64,000 bases of DNA from Acidobacteriota bacterium (GTDB taxonomy: Bacteria > Acidobacteriota > Thermoanaerobaculia > Gp7-AA8). Shown in pieces: positions 20,701 to 29,369 of the stretch. The stretch is from NCBI GenBank assembly GCA_019244185.1, contig JAFATB010000005.1, positions 1 through 64,000 on the forward strand, given 5' to 3'. Positions within the stretch are counted from its first letter, which is position 1. Every line of letters begins with the position of its first letter. A program made the translations under genes and the position numbers. The notes beneath the pieces were generated by a model. That model was not told where the DNA came from. It searched no databases and worked only from the letters and a program-made list of their open reading frames with translations.

Positions 20701-23700
20701 GAAAGGATCGGCGTTGCGTTGACGTCGGTGGTCGAGAGATACGCTTTGTACTTGAGGTAGCGCAGGCCGTTGAACTGGCTCAGCGAGGCGCCGCTCGTGG
20801 TGAAGAACGTCGACGCCGTGCCGTCCGGTCCGACGAAGTTGAACGGACCGCCGGGGTTGTTGCTGCCGGCGACCTGGAACTTCACCGCGGTGTTGGCCGG
20901 CGTCGTCGCCGTCCAGCTGAGCGTCGTCCACGCCGGGGTCGCGCCGAGCACCGGGTTCGTGTCTTTCAACGTCGAGACGAGGTTGCCGGAGAGCTGGTAC
21001 GACGGCGCCCCGAGCATGTAGGTGACGAAGAAGAGGTCCGTGTTGACCGCGGTCCACGTGGTGCCGCTGCCGGTCCCCGTCTCCGCATTACCCGACGCGT
21101 ACGGATTGCAACCGGGGCTGCTGGCGCAGGCGGCGATGATGCCGTAGGTGCCGCTGCTCGCCTGGCGCACGACGATGTGGTAGGTGGTGCCGGCCGTCAG
21201 CGCCACGCCGGGGCTGAAGTTCGCGGTGAGGAGCGTGCTCGAGGCTGTCGTGAACGAGGGAAGCGTCGCGCTGCCGAGAACCGTCGTGCCCGGAACGCCG
21301 GCGTTGTTGTTGCGAATCTCGACCGTGATCGCGCCCGCGGTTCCGCTGCTGTAGAACATGCGCAGATCCATCGAGACGAGATTGGCCGTCACACCGGGCA
21401 CGAAGCTCTGGCCCGCCCACGTCGTGTTCGTCACCGCGCGGCCGGAGTTGCTGGCGGTGCTCTGCTGCTGGTCGACCACCGGCGGGTTCGCGAGGAGCTT
21501 GACGTCGCCCGGGCTGCTGACGAGATCGAGGCTGGCCGTGTAGCTGCCGCCGCCGAGGTCATTCTGCGTCGTGTCGGTGAGACACGCGCTCGACGTCGTC
21601 GCGGCGAGATTGAAGTTCTGAACCGTGGTCGTTGCGTCGGAGACGACGACGCCGGACGCGCTACCGGTCGTGTAGCCGGCGAGCGCCGCCGTCACGGTGT
21701 ACGTGGAGGACGGCAGACCGACGATCTGATAGAAGCCGCTGGCGTCGGTCGACGCGGTGTACGCGCCGGCGGTCACGAGGACGCCGGAGAGCGGCACGCC
21801 CGCCGAGGAGACGACACCCTGCAGGATGCCGCAGGAGCCGCCGGACGCATTGAAGACGATCGGCGCCGAGGCGGCCGACACGGTCGTCATCGCCGTGAGC
21901 GCGGTGCCCGGGCAGTTGTTCTTCGCTTCGACGAAGTAGTAGTACGTCGTGCCGGCGACGCCGGTCGTGTCGAAGTAGCTGGTGCCGACGACGTTCGAGG
22001 CGAGCGGTGTGCCGCCGGGGAAGGTCGACGTGGTGCTGCGGTAGATCGAGTACGTGCCGCCGGTGGCGTTGGTGCCCCAGGCGCCCGGAACGCTCCAGTT
22101 GACCTGCGTGCCGGCGATGCCGCACGTGTTCGTCACCGCGGGCACGGCGACGGTGGTCGGTGCCGTGCAGAAGACGAGCGTCGACGACGCCGCATCTTCA
22201 CGACGCGTCGGCGAGACGGTGTCCGCCAGCGGGAAGAAGCTGCGCGAGTCCATCCAGAACGGGTGCACCTGGCGGTTCGCGGCGACGATGCCGGAGTAGT
22301 CGCCGTACTGGTTCGCATTGCGCGTGGCGTTGTCGCTGGTGTTCTCGTCCGAGTAGTTGATGAGGTTGCGCCACACCACGCCGCCGTTATCGGTGACGAG
22401 CATGTTCGGCTCGAACGTGATGCCGCCGTTCGAGGAGCGCGCGTAGAAGAGCTGCGTCCTGCGGTTGTTCGTCGGGTCGACGCGCGTGTCGTACCACGAT
22501 ACGTGCACCGTGCCGTCGCTCTGGTCGACCGACAGCCACGGGAAGAACTGCGTTGCGTTGCCGCCGTCGTCGTTGACGCGCACCGGCGTCGACCACGACG
22601 TGCCGCCGTTCGACGACGTGACCACGTACACGTTGATGTTCGTGCCGGTGGTCGAGCCGGACGGGAAGTCGGGATACGCGACGTACAGATAGCCGAAATA
22701 CGGCGAGTTCGGGTTGTTGTCGATGCCGATCGAGCCGAAGGCGTTGAGGCCGCGCGATTCCTGCGCGGGCGGCTTGTTGTTGCCGCCGAACGAGAGCAGC
22801 GACTGCGTCGCCACCGCCACCGGATCGGACCACGAGTCGCCGCCGTCCTCCGACTTGGAGAAGAACGTCATCTCGCCCGTCTGCACCGCGCCCGGGAAGA
22901 TCAGGCTGTTCCAGACCACATAGACCGTGCCGTCCGCGCCGACGACGACGTTGCCGCCGATGTCGCCGTCGCCGACGGGCGCGGTCGGAAGGACGACCGT
23001 CGTCCACGCGGCGCCGTCATCGGAGTACGCGACGCGCTCGATGTTGCCTTCGTCCCAGACCACGTAAATACGGCCCGGGTGCGATTTCACGCTCGCCGGA
23101 CCAGCGGAGTTGTCGATGGCGACCATCTCTTTATCGTCGAGAGCGGTCGAGATGTTGATGCGATTGACGATGACGCCGAGCGGCGTCCACGTGTTGCCGA
23201 CGTCGGTCGAGCGCGCGATGACGATCGACGCGCCGGCCAGCGTGCCGGTTCCGTTCTGCGAGAGGAGCATGTAGACCGCGTACGCGCGGCCCTGGTTGTC
23301 CCACGCCATCGCGGGGTCGGAACCGAAGTACGCGTTGGCACCGGTGACTCCCGCGGTGACCGACGGGTGCCACGGCGCGCAGCGATAGGTCCACGTCACA
23401 CCGCCGTCGCTCGAGCCGTACAGCGCCTGCGTGCCGAACGTCACCGACGATCCCGCGGGCGCCTGGCAGGTCGCGCTCGGGTCGCGGTAGAACGAGTTCG
23501 CACCGGCGATGAGCTGCATCGGGTTGTTCGGGTTCACCGAGATCTGCATCTCGCCCTGGTAGTTCTCGACACCGTTGTTCGGGTTGACGTTGCTCCCGAT
23601 CGATGCCGCGAACGACTGGAACGTGAGATCACCGGGCGACGGCCGCAAACTCAGGCCTTTCGTCCCCTCGGGGACGCTGGCCGTGTTGCCGAGGCCCTCG

Positions 23701-24011
23701 GCGTGCGCGAGCTCGCGCCACAGACGGCTCTGGCATTCGATGACGGGCGAAGCCTCCATCATCGAACGATGCGCCGTGCGCCATTCTTCGAATGTCACGA
23801 GCGGATCGACCGTCATCGAGCGAACGGCGGCGACCATCGTCTGCGTGAGAACGGCGTCGCAACCCGGAACCTCGATGTCGTCGTCCATCACCACGGGATG
23901 GAGCAGCGACACCATCCCGCGATCCTCTTCGGCGAACGCGGTCGTGCCGACGACGAAGCACAACAGTACGGCGAACCATGCGGCAAATCGTTTCATCACT
24001 GGACCCTTCAT
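17748..24011 (-). CDS. Giant secreted Ser/Thr-rich protein (2087 aa): Asp-box propeller, Fn3-like and carboxypeptidase-regulatory-like domains, Ig/PKD-like repeats, IPT/TIG, dockerin-like and C-terminal cohesin-like domains
   Basis: Signal peptide ending AFA; six SxD/NGGxTW-type Asp boxes; VSPNTG..VTITGTGF..VTFGG (IPT); duplicated DANGDxxxDPxDIFYxVNYLF. Confidence 0.85.
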   Translation of the reverse strand: MKGPVMKRFAAWFAVLLCFVVGTTAFAEEDRGMVSLLHPVVMDDDIEVPGCDAVLTQTMVAAVRSMTVDPLVTFEEWRTAHRSMMEASPVIECQSRLWRELAHAEGLGNTASVPEGTKGLSLRPSPGDLTFQSFAASIGSNVNPNNGVENYQGEMQISVNPNNPMQLIAGANSFYRDPSATCQAPAGSSVTFGTQALYGSSDGGVTWTYRCAPWHPSVTAGVTGANAYFGSDPAMAWDNQGRAYAVYMLLSQNGTGTLAGASIVIARSTDVGNTWTPLGVIVNRINISTALDDKEMVAIDNSAGPASVKSHPGRIYVVWDEGNIERVAYSDDGAAWTTVVLPTAPVGDGDIGGNVVVGADGTVYVVWNSLIFPGAVQTGEMTFFSKSEDGGDSWSDPVAVATQSLLSFGGNNKPPAQESRGLNAFGSIGIDNNPNSPYFGYLYVAYPDFPSGSTTGTNINVYVVTSSNGGTSWSTPVRVNDDGGNATQFFPWLSVDQSDGTVHVSWYDTRVDPTNNRRTQLFYARSSNGGITFEPNMLVTDNGGVVWRNLINYSDENTSDNATRNANQYGDYSGIVAANRQVHPFWMDSRSFFPLADTVSPTRREDAASSTLVFCTAPTTVAVPAVTNTCGIAGTQVNWSVPGAWGTNATGGTYSIYRSTTSTFPGGTPLASNVVGTSYFDTTGVAGTTYYYFVEAKNNCPGTALTAMTTVSAASAPIVFNASGGSCGILQGVVSSAGVPLSGVLVTAGAYTASTDASGFYQIVGLPSSTYTVTAALAGYTTGSASGVVVSDATTTVQNFNLAATTSSACLTDTTQNDLGGGSYTASLDLVSSPGDVKLLANPPVVDQQQSTASNSGRAVTNTTWAGQSFVPGVTANLVSMDLRMFYSSGTAGAITVEIRNNNAGVPGTTVLGSATLPSFTTASSTLLTANFSPGVALTAGTTYHIVVRQASSGTYGIIAACASSPGCNPYASGNAETGTGSGTTWTAVNTDLFFVTYMLGAPSYQLSGNLVSTLKDTNPVLGATPAWTTLSWTATTPANTAVKFQVAGSNNPGGPFNFVGPDGTASTFFTTSGASLSQFNGLRYLKYKAYLSTTDVNATPILSDVTVCYQLNDCSTTTPPSVTPASAQVCSSSTGNTADGPAGATSYAWAIANGTITGGATSQTVTYTAGASGNVHLTLTTTVASGCEAATSVDVPILVVATPSITGGTAFCTGTTTTLTSSSATGNQWYLEGTAIVGATNQTYAAGTAGSYTVQVTSSGCLSAMSNPQIVTENPLPATPTATPDGPTSYCTGGSVTLTSSSATGNQWRLNGSDIVGATNNTYVVTTQGGAYTVVVTDGNSCASNPSAAVNVTVNPIPSTPTATPDGPTTYCTGGSVTLTSSSATGNQWRLNGSDIVGATNNTYVVTTQGGAYTVVVSNGSCASSPSSAVNVTVNPLPATPTATPDGPTTYCTGGSVTLTSNSPTGNQWRLNGSDIVGATNNTYVVTTQGGAYTVVVTDGNSCASNPSAAVTVTVNPVPATPTATPDGPTTYCAGGSVTLTSSSATGNQWRLNGSDISGATSNTYVVTSQGGAYTVVVTNGSCASSPSAAVNVTVNPLPNTPTITPGGATTFCTGGSVTLTSNSATGNQWRLNGSDITGATGNTYIASQSGDYTVVVTDGNNCPSNASATVTVTVNMNPDATITAPGSIAAAAAGSASVPDAGLGASYAWTITNGTINGSNSGRTVNFTAGAAGTMTLGVTVTSGSNCSANSSANVTVTAVASTVTVTNVSPNTGTHNGGSPVTITGTGFASGATVTFGGTAATSVVVVNATTITAVTPAHAVGSVTVTVTNTDTSTGSLSNAFTYVLQQFDANGDNSIDPSDIFYLVNYLFDGGLPPRGAAGMLSGDANGDGVVDPADIFYVVNYLFLGGPQPMSTPSNPRVSTSASHETLAGGIRLGAPVVREGRTFVPVIVTSAPGSTIEPLAIALKLRLEGAGNIVAVRRTAAVSAQSPIFEVSRPTADGTAYLLALDGRNGSLLTGAGRGVVAEIELAGATGGRLSIDANLSMLSDLGAHKATVAAGTLEIHGTELAGNNGGRRPASPQVQ
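18981..20411 (-). repeat. Intragenic tandem repeats (240/243 bp; five near-identical units plus one diverged) encoding Ig-like domains
   Basis: Recurring CxGGSVTLTSxSxTGNQWRLNGSDI; unit starts at about 20186, 19943, 19703, 19460 and 19220. Confidence 0.92.
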
Positions 24012-24442
24012 GAGCCTTGCGTTGGAATGGACACGTGCAGAGAAGCGGCGCTCCCGGCGCCGAGCGCGCCGAAGACCGCTTCTCCGAGAGAGACGAGGGG
24101 TTGAGGTTTGGTGAGGATGGAGGCGTTGCGATCGCCGGCGTCGCGCACCAGGTCGGGCGAACCGTAGCCGGTCAGGACGATCACACTCGCCTGCGGCTGA
24201 CGCTCGCGCACGATCCCGAGCAGCAGACGGCTGTCGTCATGCAGCGAGCCGGTGAGAAACGGATCGACCACGACCACGGCGTAGCTCTGCGAGGCGAGCA
24301 GCTGCTGCGCCGCGCGAGCCTCGAGCGCCACGTCGACCTGACATCCGTGCTCGACGAGATAGTGCCGCAGCGAGCCGGCGACGAGCTCATCGTCGTCGAC
24401 CAGCAAGACCCTGCGCGAGGTGTCGCTGAACGCGGTTGTCAT
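24008..24442 (-). CDS. Single-domain response regulator, overlapping the start of the giant protein
   Basis: VLLVDDD, VVVVDP, VLTGYG and LTKP; ATGA overlap at 24008-24011. Confidence 0.85.
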   Translation of the reverse strand: MTTAFSDTSRRVLLVDDDELVAGSLRHYLVEHGCQVDVALEARAAQQLLASQSYAVVVVDPFLTGSLHDDSRLLLGIVRERQPQASVIVLTGYGSPDLVRDAGDRNASILTKPQPLVSLGEAVFGALGAGSAASLHVSIPTQGS

Positions 24443-24515
24443 GTTGCCGGGAAATGGACTCGCGCATCATCGCCGCGCGCCGCCGCGCCGTGAATGCGGC
24501 GATCACTGGTTTGTT

Positions 24516-24534
24516 TGTAGGTAAATTACCTACA
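24516..24534. promoter_or_regulatory. Perfect inverted repeat TGTAGGTAA-A-TTACCTACA, candidate NarL/UvrY-family operator
   Basis: 9-bp arms are exact reverse complements; AT-rich in a GC-rich genome; about 75 bp upstream of the REC/giant-protein operon. Confidence 0.6.
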
Positions 24535-25159
24535 GCAGGTGGTGCTCCAACGCGTATTGCACGATCTCCGCGTTGTTCTTGAAGCCCATCTTCATCAGCA
24601 GCCGCGCGCGGTGCGTGCCGATCGTCTTGACGCTCACGTTCAGCTCCGCGGCGATCTCGCGCGGCGGCTTTCCCGCGGCGATCATGCACAGCACCTGGAA
24701 CTCGCGATCGGACAGCAGCTCGTGCGGCCGCTCGCGCTGCGTCTCCATCATCCCGAACGCCAGCTGCTCGGCGACGGCCGGCGTGAGATAGCGCTCGCCG
24801 CGCGCGAGCTTCCGCAGCGCGGGGATCAGATGCTCGCGCGCGCTGTCTTTGCTGACGTAGCCCGCCGCGCCGCCCTTGAGCGCGCGCGCCGCGTACGACG
24901 GCTCGCGATGCATGCTGAGAATCAGCACCGGCAGTTCCGGCGCGAGGTTGCGGATCTGCGCAAGCACGTCGAGACCGGGGCGATCAGGCAGATTGAGATC
25001 GAGCACGACGACCTGCCATCCGCCCTGCCGCACGCGCTCGATCGCCTCCGCGCCGCTGCGTGCCTCCCCCGTCGCCGCGATGTCCGAGGTCTCCGCGACG
25101 ATCTGCTTGAGACCGGCGCGGACGATGTCGTGATCGTCGACGATGAGGACGTGGATCAT
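24530..25159 (-). CDS. NarL/UvrY-like response regulator (REC + LuxR HTH)
   Basis: VLIVDDHDIVRAGL, VLDLNLP and LSDREFQVL..EIAAELNVSVKTIGTHRARL. Confidence 0.93.
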   Translation of the reverse strand: MIHVLIVDDHDIVRAGLKQIVAETSDIAATGEARSGAEAIERVRQGGWQVVVLDLNLPDRPGLDVLAQIRNLAPELPVLILSMHREPSYAARALKGGAAGYVSKDSAREHLIPALRKLARGERYLTPAVAEQLAFGMMETQRERPHELLSDREFQVLCMIAAGKPPREIAAELNVSVKTIGTHRARLLMKMGFKNNAEIVQYALEHHLL

Positions 25160-26862
25160 GGAAGGGAATCCGCGAGCGGAATGCGGACCGAGACGATCGT
25201 ACCGCGCCCGTCAACGCCCTCGAACTGGACCGAGCCGCCGACCATCGCCACGCGTTCGCGGATGCCGATGAGACCGAACGACGTCGGACTCTCGAGCTCG
25301 TCGGCGCGAACGCCGCGTCCGTCGTCGCGAATCTCCAGCAGCAACTCTTCCGCGCGATTGCGCAGCCGCACTTCGACGCGTGTCGCGTTCGAATGCCGCA
25401 CGACGTTGGTCAGCGCCTCCTGCACGATGCGATAGACCATCGTCGTGTACTCGGGATCGACGGCCACGTCGCCCGCGACCGAGACCTCGCATTCGATGCC
25501 CGAGCGCTCTTCGAGCAGCCGCGCCTCGGCTTCGATCGCCGCGACGAGGCCGAGATCGTCGAGCATGCTCGGGCGCAGTTCCGACGAGATCCGCTGCACG
25601 GCCGTCACCGTGCTGTCGAGCGTGCGCAGGATGCGCTCGCGCAGCGCTGCCTGCGCCGGAGGCTGCGGCGTCGACTGCAGCAGGCCGACGATGTCCATCT
25701 TCAGCGCCGTCAGCGACTGCCCCAGGTCGTCGTGGAGCTCGCGCGCGATACGGCCGCGCTCTTCCTCCTGCACCGTGAGCAGACGTTCCGATAGCGCCTT
25801 GAGCTTCCGCTCGCCGCTGCGCATCCGCTCGTCCGCTTCCTCGCGGCGGTCCATCATCTGATTGAAAGCGTGCGTGAGCCGCACGATCTCGCGCGGCCCC
25901 TCGCTCGTCCGCACGCGCTCGTACGCGCCCTCGTCCGCGGCCGCCGCGGCACCGGCGAGCGCGTAGATCGGGCGCCCGATCTTCCGCGCGAGCACGAGTG
26001 TCATCACGACCACGATGAAGATGATGCCGATGCCGCCGAGGGACGCGTTGAGCAGCATCTCGCGCACCGGCTCCGCGAGCGCCCATGACGGCACGCCGCC
26101 GTAGATCGTCCAGCCGAGCTTCGGCAGCTGCACGAACGCGTATTGACGCGCGACGCCGTCGACGCCGCGAGCATCCGCGAGCCCTTCGCTGGCGGGCCAT
26201 GCGAGCTGCGCGTGCCGCGCGACGCTCAGCTTCCGATTCGCCGGGATCGAAGGATCGGAGCGCGCGACGACGGTGTCGCCGGCGTCGGTGATGAGGATGA
26301 CCGCGCCGGGTACGAACGCGGTGCGCCCGAGGACATCGACGAATTCGAGCAGCACGATCGTCCCGCGATCGCGCACCGGCATCGCCGTCATCGAGATCGC
26401 CTGCGTCCCGAACGTATGCATGACCGCGCCGCCCGCGCGCAAGTGGCGCGCGCGCACTTCATTCGCAATCCACGGCTGCGCGAGCAGCGACAGCTGCGCG
26501 TTTGCGGGATCGTTGTTGCCCGAGCAGACCAGCGTTCCCGTCGTATCGAACAGAAAGACGTCCGCGTAGCGCGGCAGAAAATCGACGACGGACAGCGCGG
26601 CATGACACGCCGCCGGCTCGAACGCCAGCACGCCCGGCTGCGCGGCCATCCGGCGCAACACCGCGGTCGATTCCGCATTCATCAGCCGCAGCCGGCTCGC
26701 GGTCGCGCGCGCGATCCGCAACGCCATCTCCCGCGCCTCGGTCTGCTCGCGGCGCACCTGCGTCACACAGATGACGACGAGGAGCAGCAGCACCGGCGCC
26801 GCGACCGCCATCACCAGTCCGCCGAGCCACAGCCGCACCGACCCAGGTCGCGCCGAAGCCAT
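25156..26862 (-). CDS. Membrane sensor histidine kinase (Cache-like, HAMP, HisKA_3)
   Basis: Two TM segments; EEERGRIARELHDDLGQ, QEALTNVVRH, IRDDGRG and FGLIGIRER. Confidence 0.92.
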   Translation of the reverse strand: MASARPGSVRLWLGGLVMAVAAPVLLLLVVICVTQVRREQTEAREMALRIARATASRLRLMNAESTAVLRRMAAQPGVLAFEPAACHAALSVVDFLPRYADVFLFDTTGTLVCSGNNDPANAQLSLLAQPWIANEVRARHLRAGGAVMHTFGTQAISMTAMPVRDRGTIVLLEFVDVLGRTAFVPGAVILITDAGDTVVARSDPSIPANRKLSVARHAQLAWPASEGLADARGVDGVARQYAFVQLPKLGWTIYGGVPSWALAEPVREMLLNASLGGIGIIFIVVVMTLVLARKIGRPIYALAGAAAAADEGAYERVRTSEGPREIVRLTHAFNQMMDRREEADERMRSGERKLKALSERLLTVQEEERGRIARELHDDLGQSLTALKMDIVGLLQSTPQPPAQAALRERILRTLDSTVTAVQRISSELRPSMLDDLGLVAAIEAEARLLEERSGIECEVSVAGDVAVDPEYTTMVYRIVQEALTNVVRHSNATRVEVRLRNRAEELLLEIRDDGRGVRADELESPTSFGLIGIRERVAMVGGSVQFEGVDGRGTIVSVRIPLADSLP

Positions 26863-26931
26863 CGCGTGCAGTGTAGCGTGCGGCTGTGCCTGCAGCGGTG
26901 CCTCAGCTGTGCGCGCACGTGAGGCGCGGCG

Positions 26932-29322
26932 TCACGCGCGCGCCAGCGCCTCGCGCAGCTCTTCGATCGCGCACGCCAGCTCCGGCAGCAGCTGCGCCGC
27001 GCGCGCGAGCTCGCCGCCGCGCGCCGCCTGTTCGAGCTCGCGCGACAACGCGACCGCCTGTTCGCGCGGAAAGTGACTCACCGATCCCTTCAACTTGTGC
27101 GCGAGCTTCGCCGCCTCGGTCGCGTCGTTCCGCGCAATGGCGTCGTGAATCGCGGCGAGCAGCTCCGGCGTCTGCCGCGCGAACGCGTCGCGCACTTTCT
27201 CGAGCAGGGCAGGATTTCCGCCGACGACATCGAGCAGCGCTTCGCGCGCCGTCGCTGCCGCGATCGCCTCGGCGAGCTGCGGCGCATCGACCGGCTTCAC
27301 CAGCACGCCGTTCATGCCGGAGACGAGACAACGGTCGCGATCCTCGCGCGACGAATGTGCCGTCAGCGCGATGATCGGCGTGCGGTCGCCGCGTCCGCGC
27401 GCGCGCCGCGTCGCCTCGAGACCGTCGATGCCCGGCAGCTGCACGTCCATCAACACGACGTCGAACGACTGCGCTGCGAGCAATGCCAGCGCTTCCTCGC
27501 CGTCGACCGCGACCGACACCGTGTGCCCGATGCGCCCGAGAAGCTCCGCGACGACCTCGCGGTTCACTTCGTTGTCGTCGACGAGCATCACATGCAGCGG
27601 CGCGTTCGCGCGGATCGCCGTCGCGAGCGTGTACTCCGCGGGCGCGTCGGTGAGTCCGAGCGCGAGACCGACCGCGTCGATGAGCTCGCGCTCGCCGACG
27701 GGACGCATGACCTGATTCGGCGCGTCGCTCGGCTCGAGCGGCGAGGTGATGACGACCTGCGGCTGAACGTCGACGGTGGGATCGGCGGTGACGGCGCACG
27801 CGAATCGTCCCGCCGGCGCGTCGCTCGCGCGCGCGAACGCCGACGCGAAGACGCCGCGGCTGCGAAGGATCTCCGCGAGCGTTGCGCGCGCCATCGTCGC
27901 GGGCTCGACGATCAACACCGAACGTCCCGCGAGTCCCGATTCCCACGCGCGGCGCTGCGGCGCGACGCCGACGGCATCGGTGATCAGCGGCACGATGAAC
28001 GAGAAGACGCTCCCCGCCCCCTGCTCGCTCCGCACGTCGACGCTGCCGCCCATCGCCTCGAGCAGACGTGCGACGATCGAGAGGCCGAGGCCGGCGCCGC
28101 CGTAGTTGCGCGACGCGGAGGAGTCGGCCTGCGCGAACGGCTCGAAGATCTTCTGCCGCAGCGACGGCGCGATGCCGATACCGGTGTCGTGCACTTCGAA
28201 GCGGATGTTGTTGCGCGGACCGAGCGTGCCCGCGCACGCGACACGCACCGCGATCTCCCCTTCCTGCGTGAACTTGATCGCGTTGCCGACGAGGTTCACG
28301 AGGATCTGCCGCAGCCGCAGCGGATCGCCCCAAACGACTTCCGGGACTTCCGCGGAGACGGAGTACGAGAGCGTGAGCCGCTTCGACGCGGCGATGCCGC
28401 CGAGCGACTTCATCGTCTCCGACATCAGCTGCCGCAGCGGAAAGTAGACCGGCTCGAGCTCGAGCTTGCGCGCTTCGATGCGCGAGAAGTCGAGCACGTC
28501 GTCGATCATGCCGAGGAGCGCGCGCGCGGAACGGTGCGCGATGTCGAGACGGCGCGCGCGCGACGGCGAGGACGCCTCGTCCGCCGCGGTCAGTTGCAAC
28601 ATGCCGATGACCGCCTGCAGCGGCGTCCGCATCTCGTGCGACATGTTCGCGAGGAACTCGCTCTTCGCCGCGCTCGCCTCCTGCGCGCGCAGATGCGCCT
28701 CGCGCAGCTCGGCCGATTGCTGTTCGAGCCGCTTGATGAGATCGCGCGACATGCGCACCGCCGACGTGAGCTGCGCGCGCCGCGACTCGGCCGTCCGCGC
28801 CGCGAGCGCGATGTAGACGCCGGCGAAGACGAGGAACGCGAGCTTCGTCATCGCCACCGGCATGTTCAGCGGCCGCGACGCCGCCGCGATCGCAAGCATC
28901 GCGCAATAGAGAATGTCCGCGAAGAGCGCGAACGAGATCGCGCGCCGGAACGTCGTCTGCGTTTGATCCGCGACGCGCAGCAGCAACACGAAGAAGAGCA
29001 GACTCGTCTCGTGCCCCGAGCACGCGATCGCGAACGTCCAGACCACCAGATCGCCGACGAGCACCGGCAGCGTGAGATCGCGCCCGCGCCGCAGCCCCGC
29101 CAGAATCGCTAGCCACGACCCCGCCGCGTACACCGCCAGCGCAATCGACGCCAGCACCCACCCGTCGCCACGCAGCAGATAGTGGTTGTGCAGATAGACC
29201 GCAACCGCGAGAAAAACCGAACCGACCGCGCGCAGCCGCGGCAGCTCGATCGCCGCCAGCCGCCAAGCGCGCTCGCGCCGCACGCGTTCGAGCTCACCCG
29301 GATCGATCACGACGTCGGACAT
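26932..29322 (-). CDS. Hybrid histidine kinase (multi-TM sensor, HisKA, HATPase, degenerate REC, REC, Hpt)
   Basis: FLANMSHEMRTPL, QILVNLVGNAIKFT, DTGIGI, GGAGLGL, VLMDVQLP and AHKLKGS. Confidence 0.93.
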   Translation of the reverse strand: MSDVVIDPGELERVRRERAWRLAAIELPRLRAVGSVFLAVAVYLHNHYLLRGDGWVLASIALAVYAAGSWLAILAGLRRGRDLTLPVLVGDLVVWTFAIACSGHETSLLFFVLLLRVADQTQTTFRRAISFALFADILYCAMLAIAAASRPLNMPVAMTKLAFLVFAGVYIALAARTAESRRAQLTSAVRMSRDLIKRLEQQSAELREAHLRAQEASAAKSEFLANMSHEMRTPLQAVIGMLQLTAADEASSPSRARRLDIAHRSARALLGMIDDVLDFSRIEARKLELEPVYFPLRQLMSETMKSLGGIAASKRLTLSYSVSAEVPEVVWGDPLRLRQILVNLVGNAIKFTQEGEIAVRVACAGTLGPRNNIRFEVHDTGIGIAPSLRQKIFEPFAQADSSASRNYGGAGLGLSIVARLLEAMGGSVDVRSEQGAGSVFSFIVPLITDAVGVAPQRRAWESGLAGRSVLIVEPATMARATLAEILRSRGVFASAFARASDAPAGRFACAVTADPTVDVQPQVVITSPLEPSDAPNQVMRPVGERELIDAVGLALGLTDAPAEYTLATAIRANAPLHVMLVDDNEVNREVVAELLGRIGHTVSVAVDGEEALALLAAQSFDVVLMDVQLPGIDGLEATRRARGRGDRTPIIALTAHSSREDRDRCLVSGMNGVLVKPVDAPQLAEAIAAATAREALLDVVGGNPALLEKVRDAFARQTPELLAAIHDAIARNDATEAAKLAHKLKGSVSHFPREQAVALSRELEQAARGGELARAAQLLPELACAIEELREALARA

Positions 29323-29369
29323 CGACGTTCAGTGTACGACCGGCGAGCGCGGTGCGACGCGGCGATCGA

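Noticed and set aside
15128-24011. True cellulolytic cellulosome
   Set aside because: No recognisable cellulase or CBM3 modules and no multi-cohesin scaffoldin; only the docking modules are supported.
17532-24104. 2190-aa plus-strand ORF
   Set aside because: Antisense shadow of the giant protein. It is Arg/Gly/Val/Asp-rich with no motifs, as expected when high-GC codon bias suppresses stops on the opposite strand.
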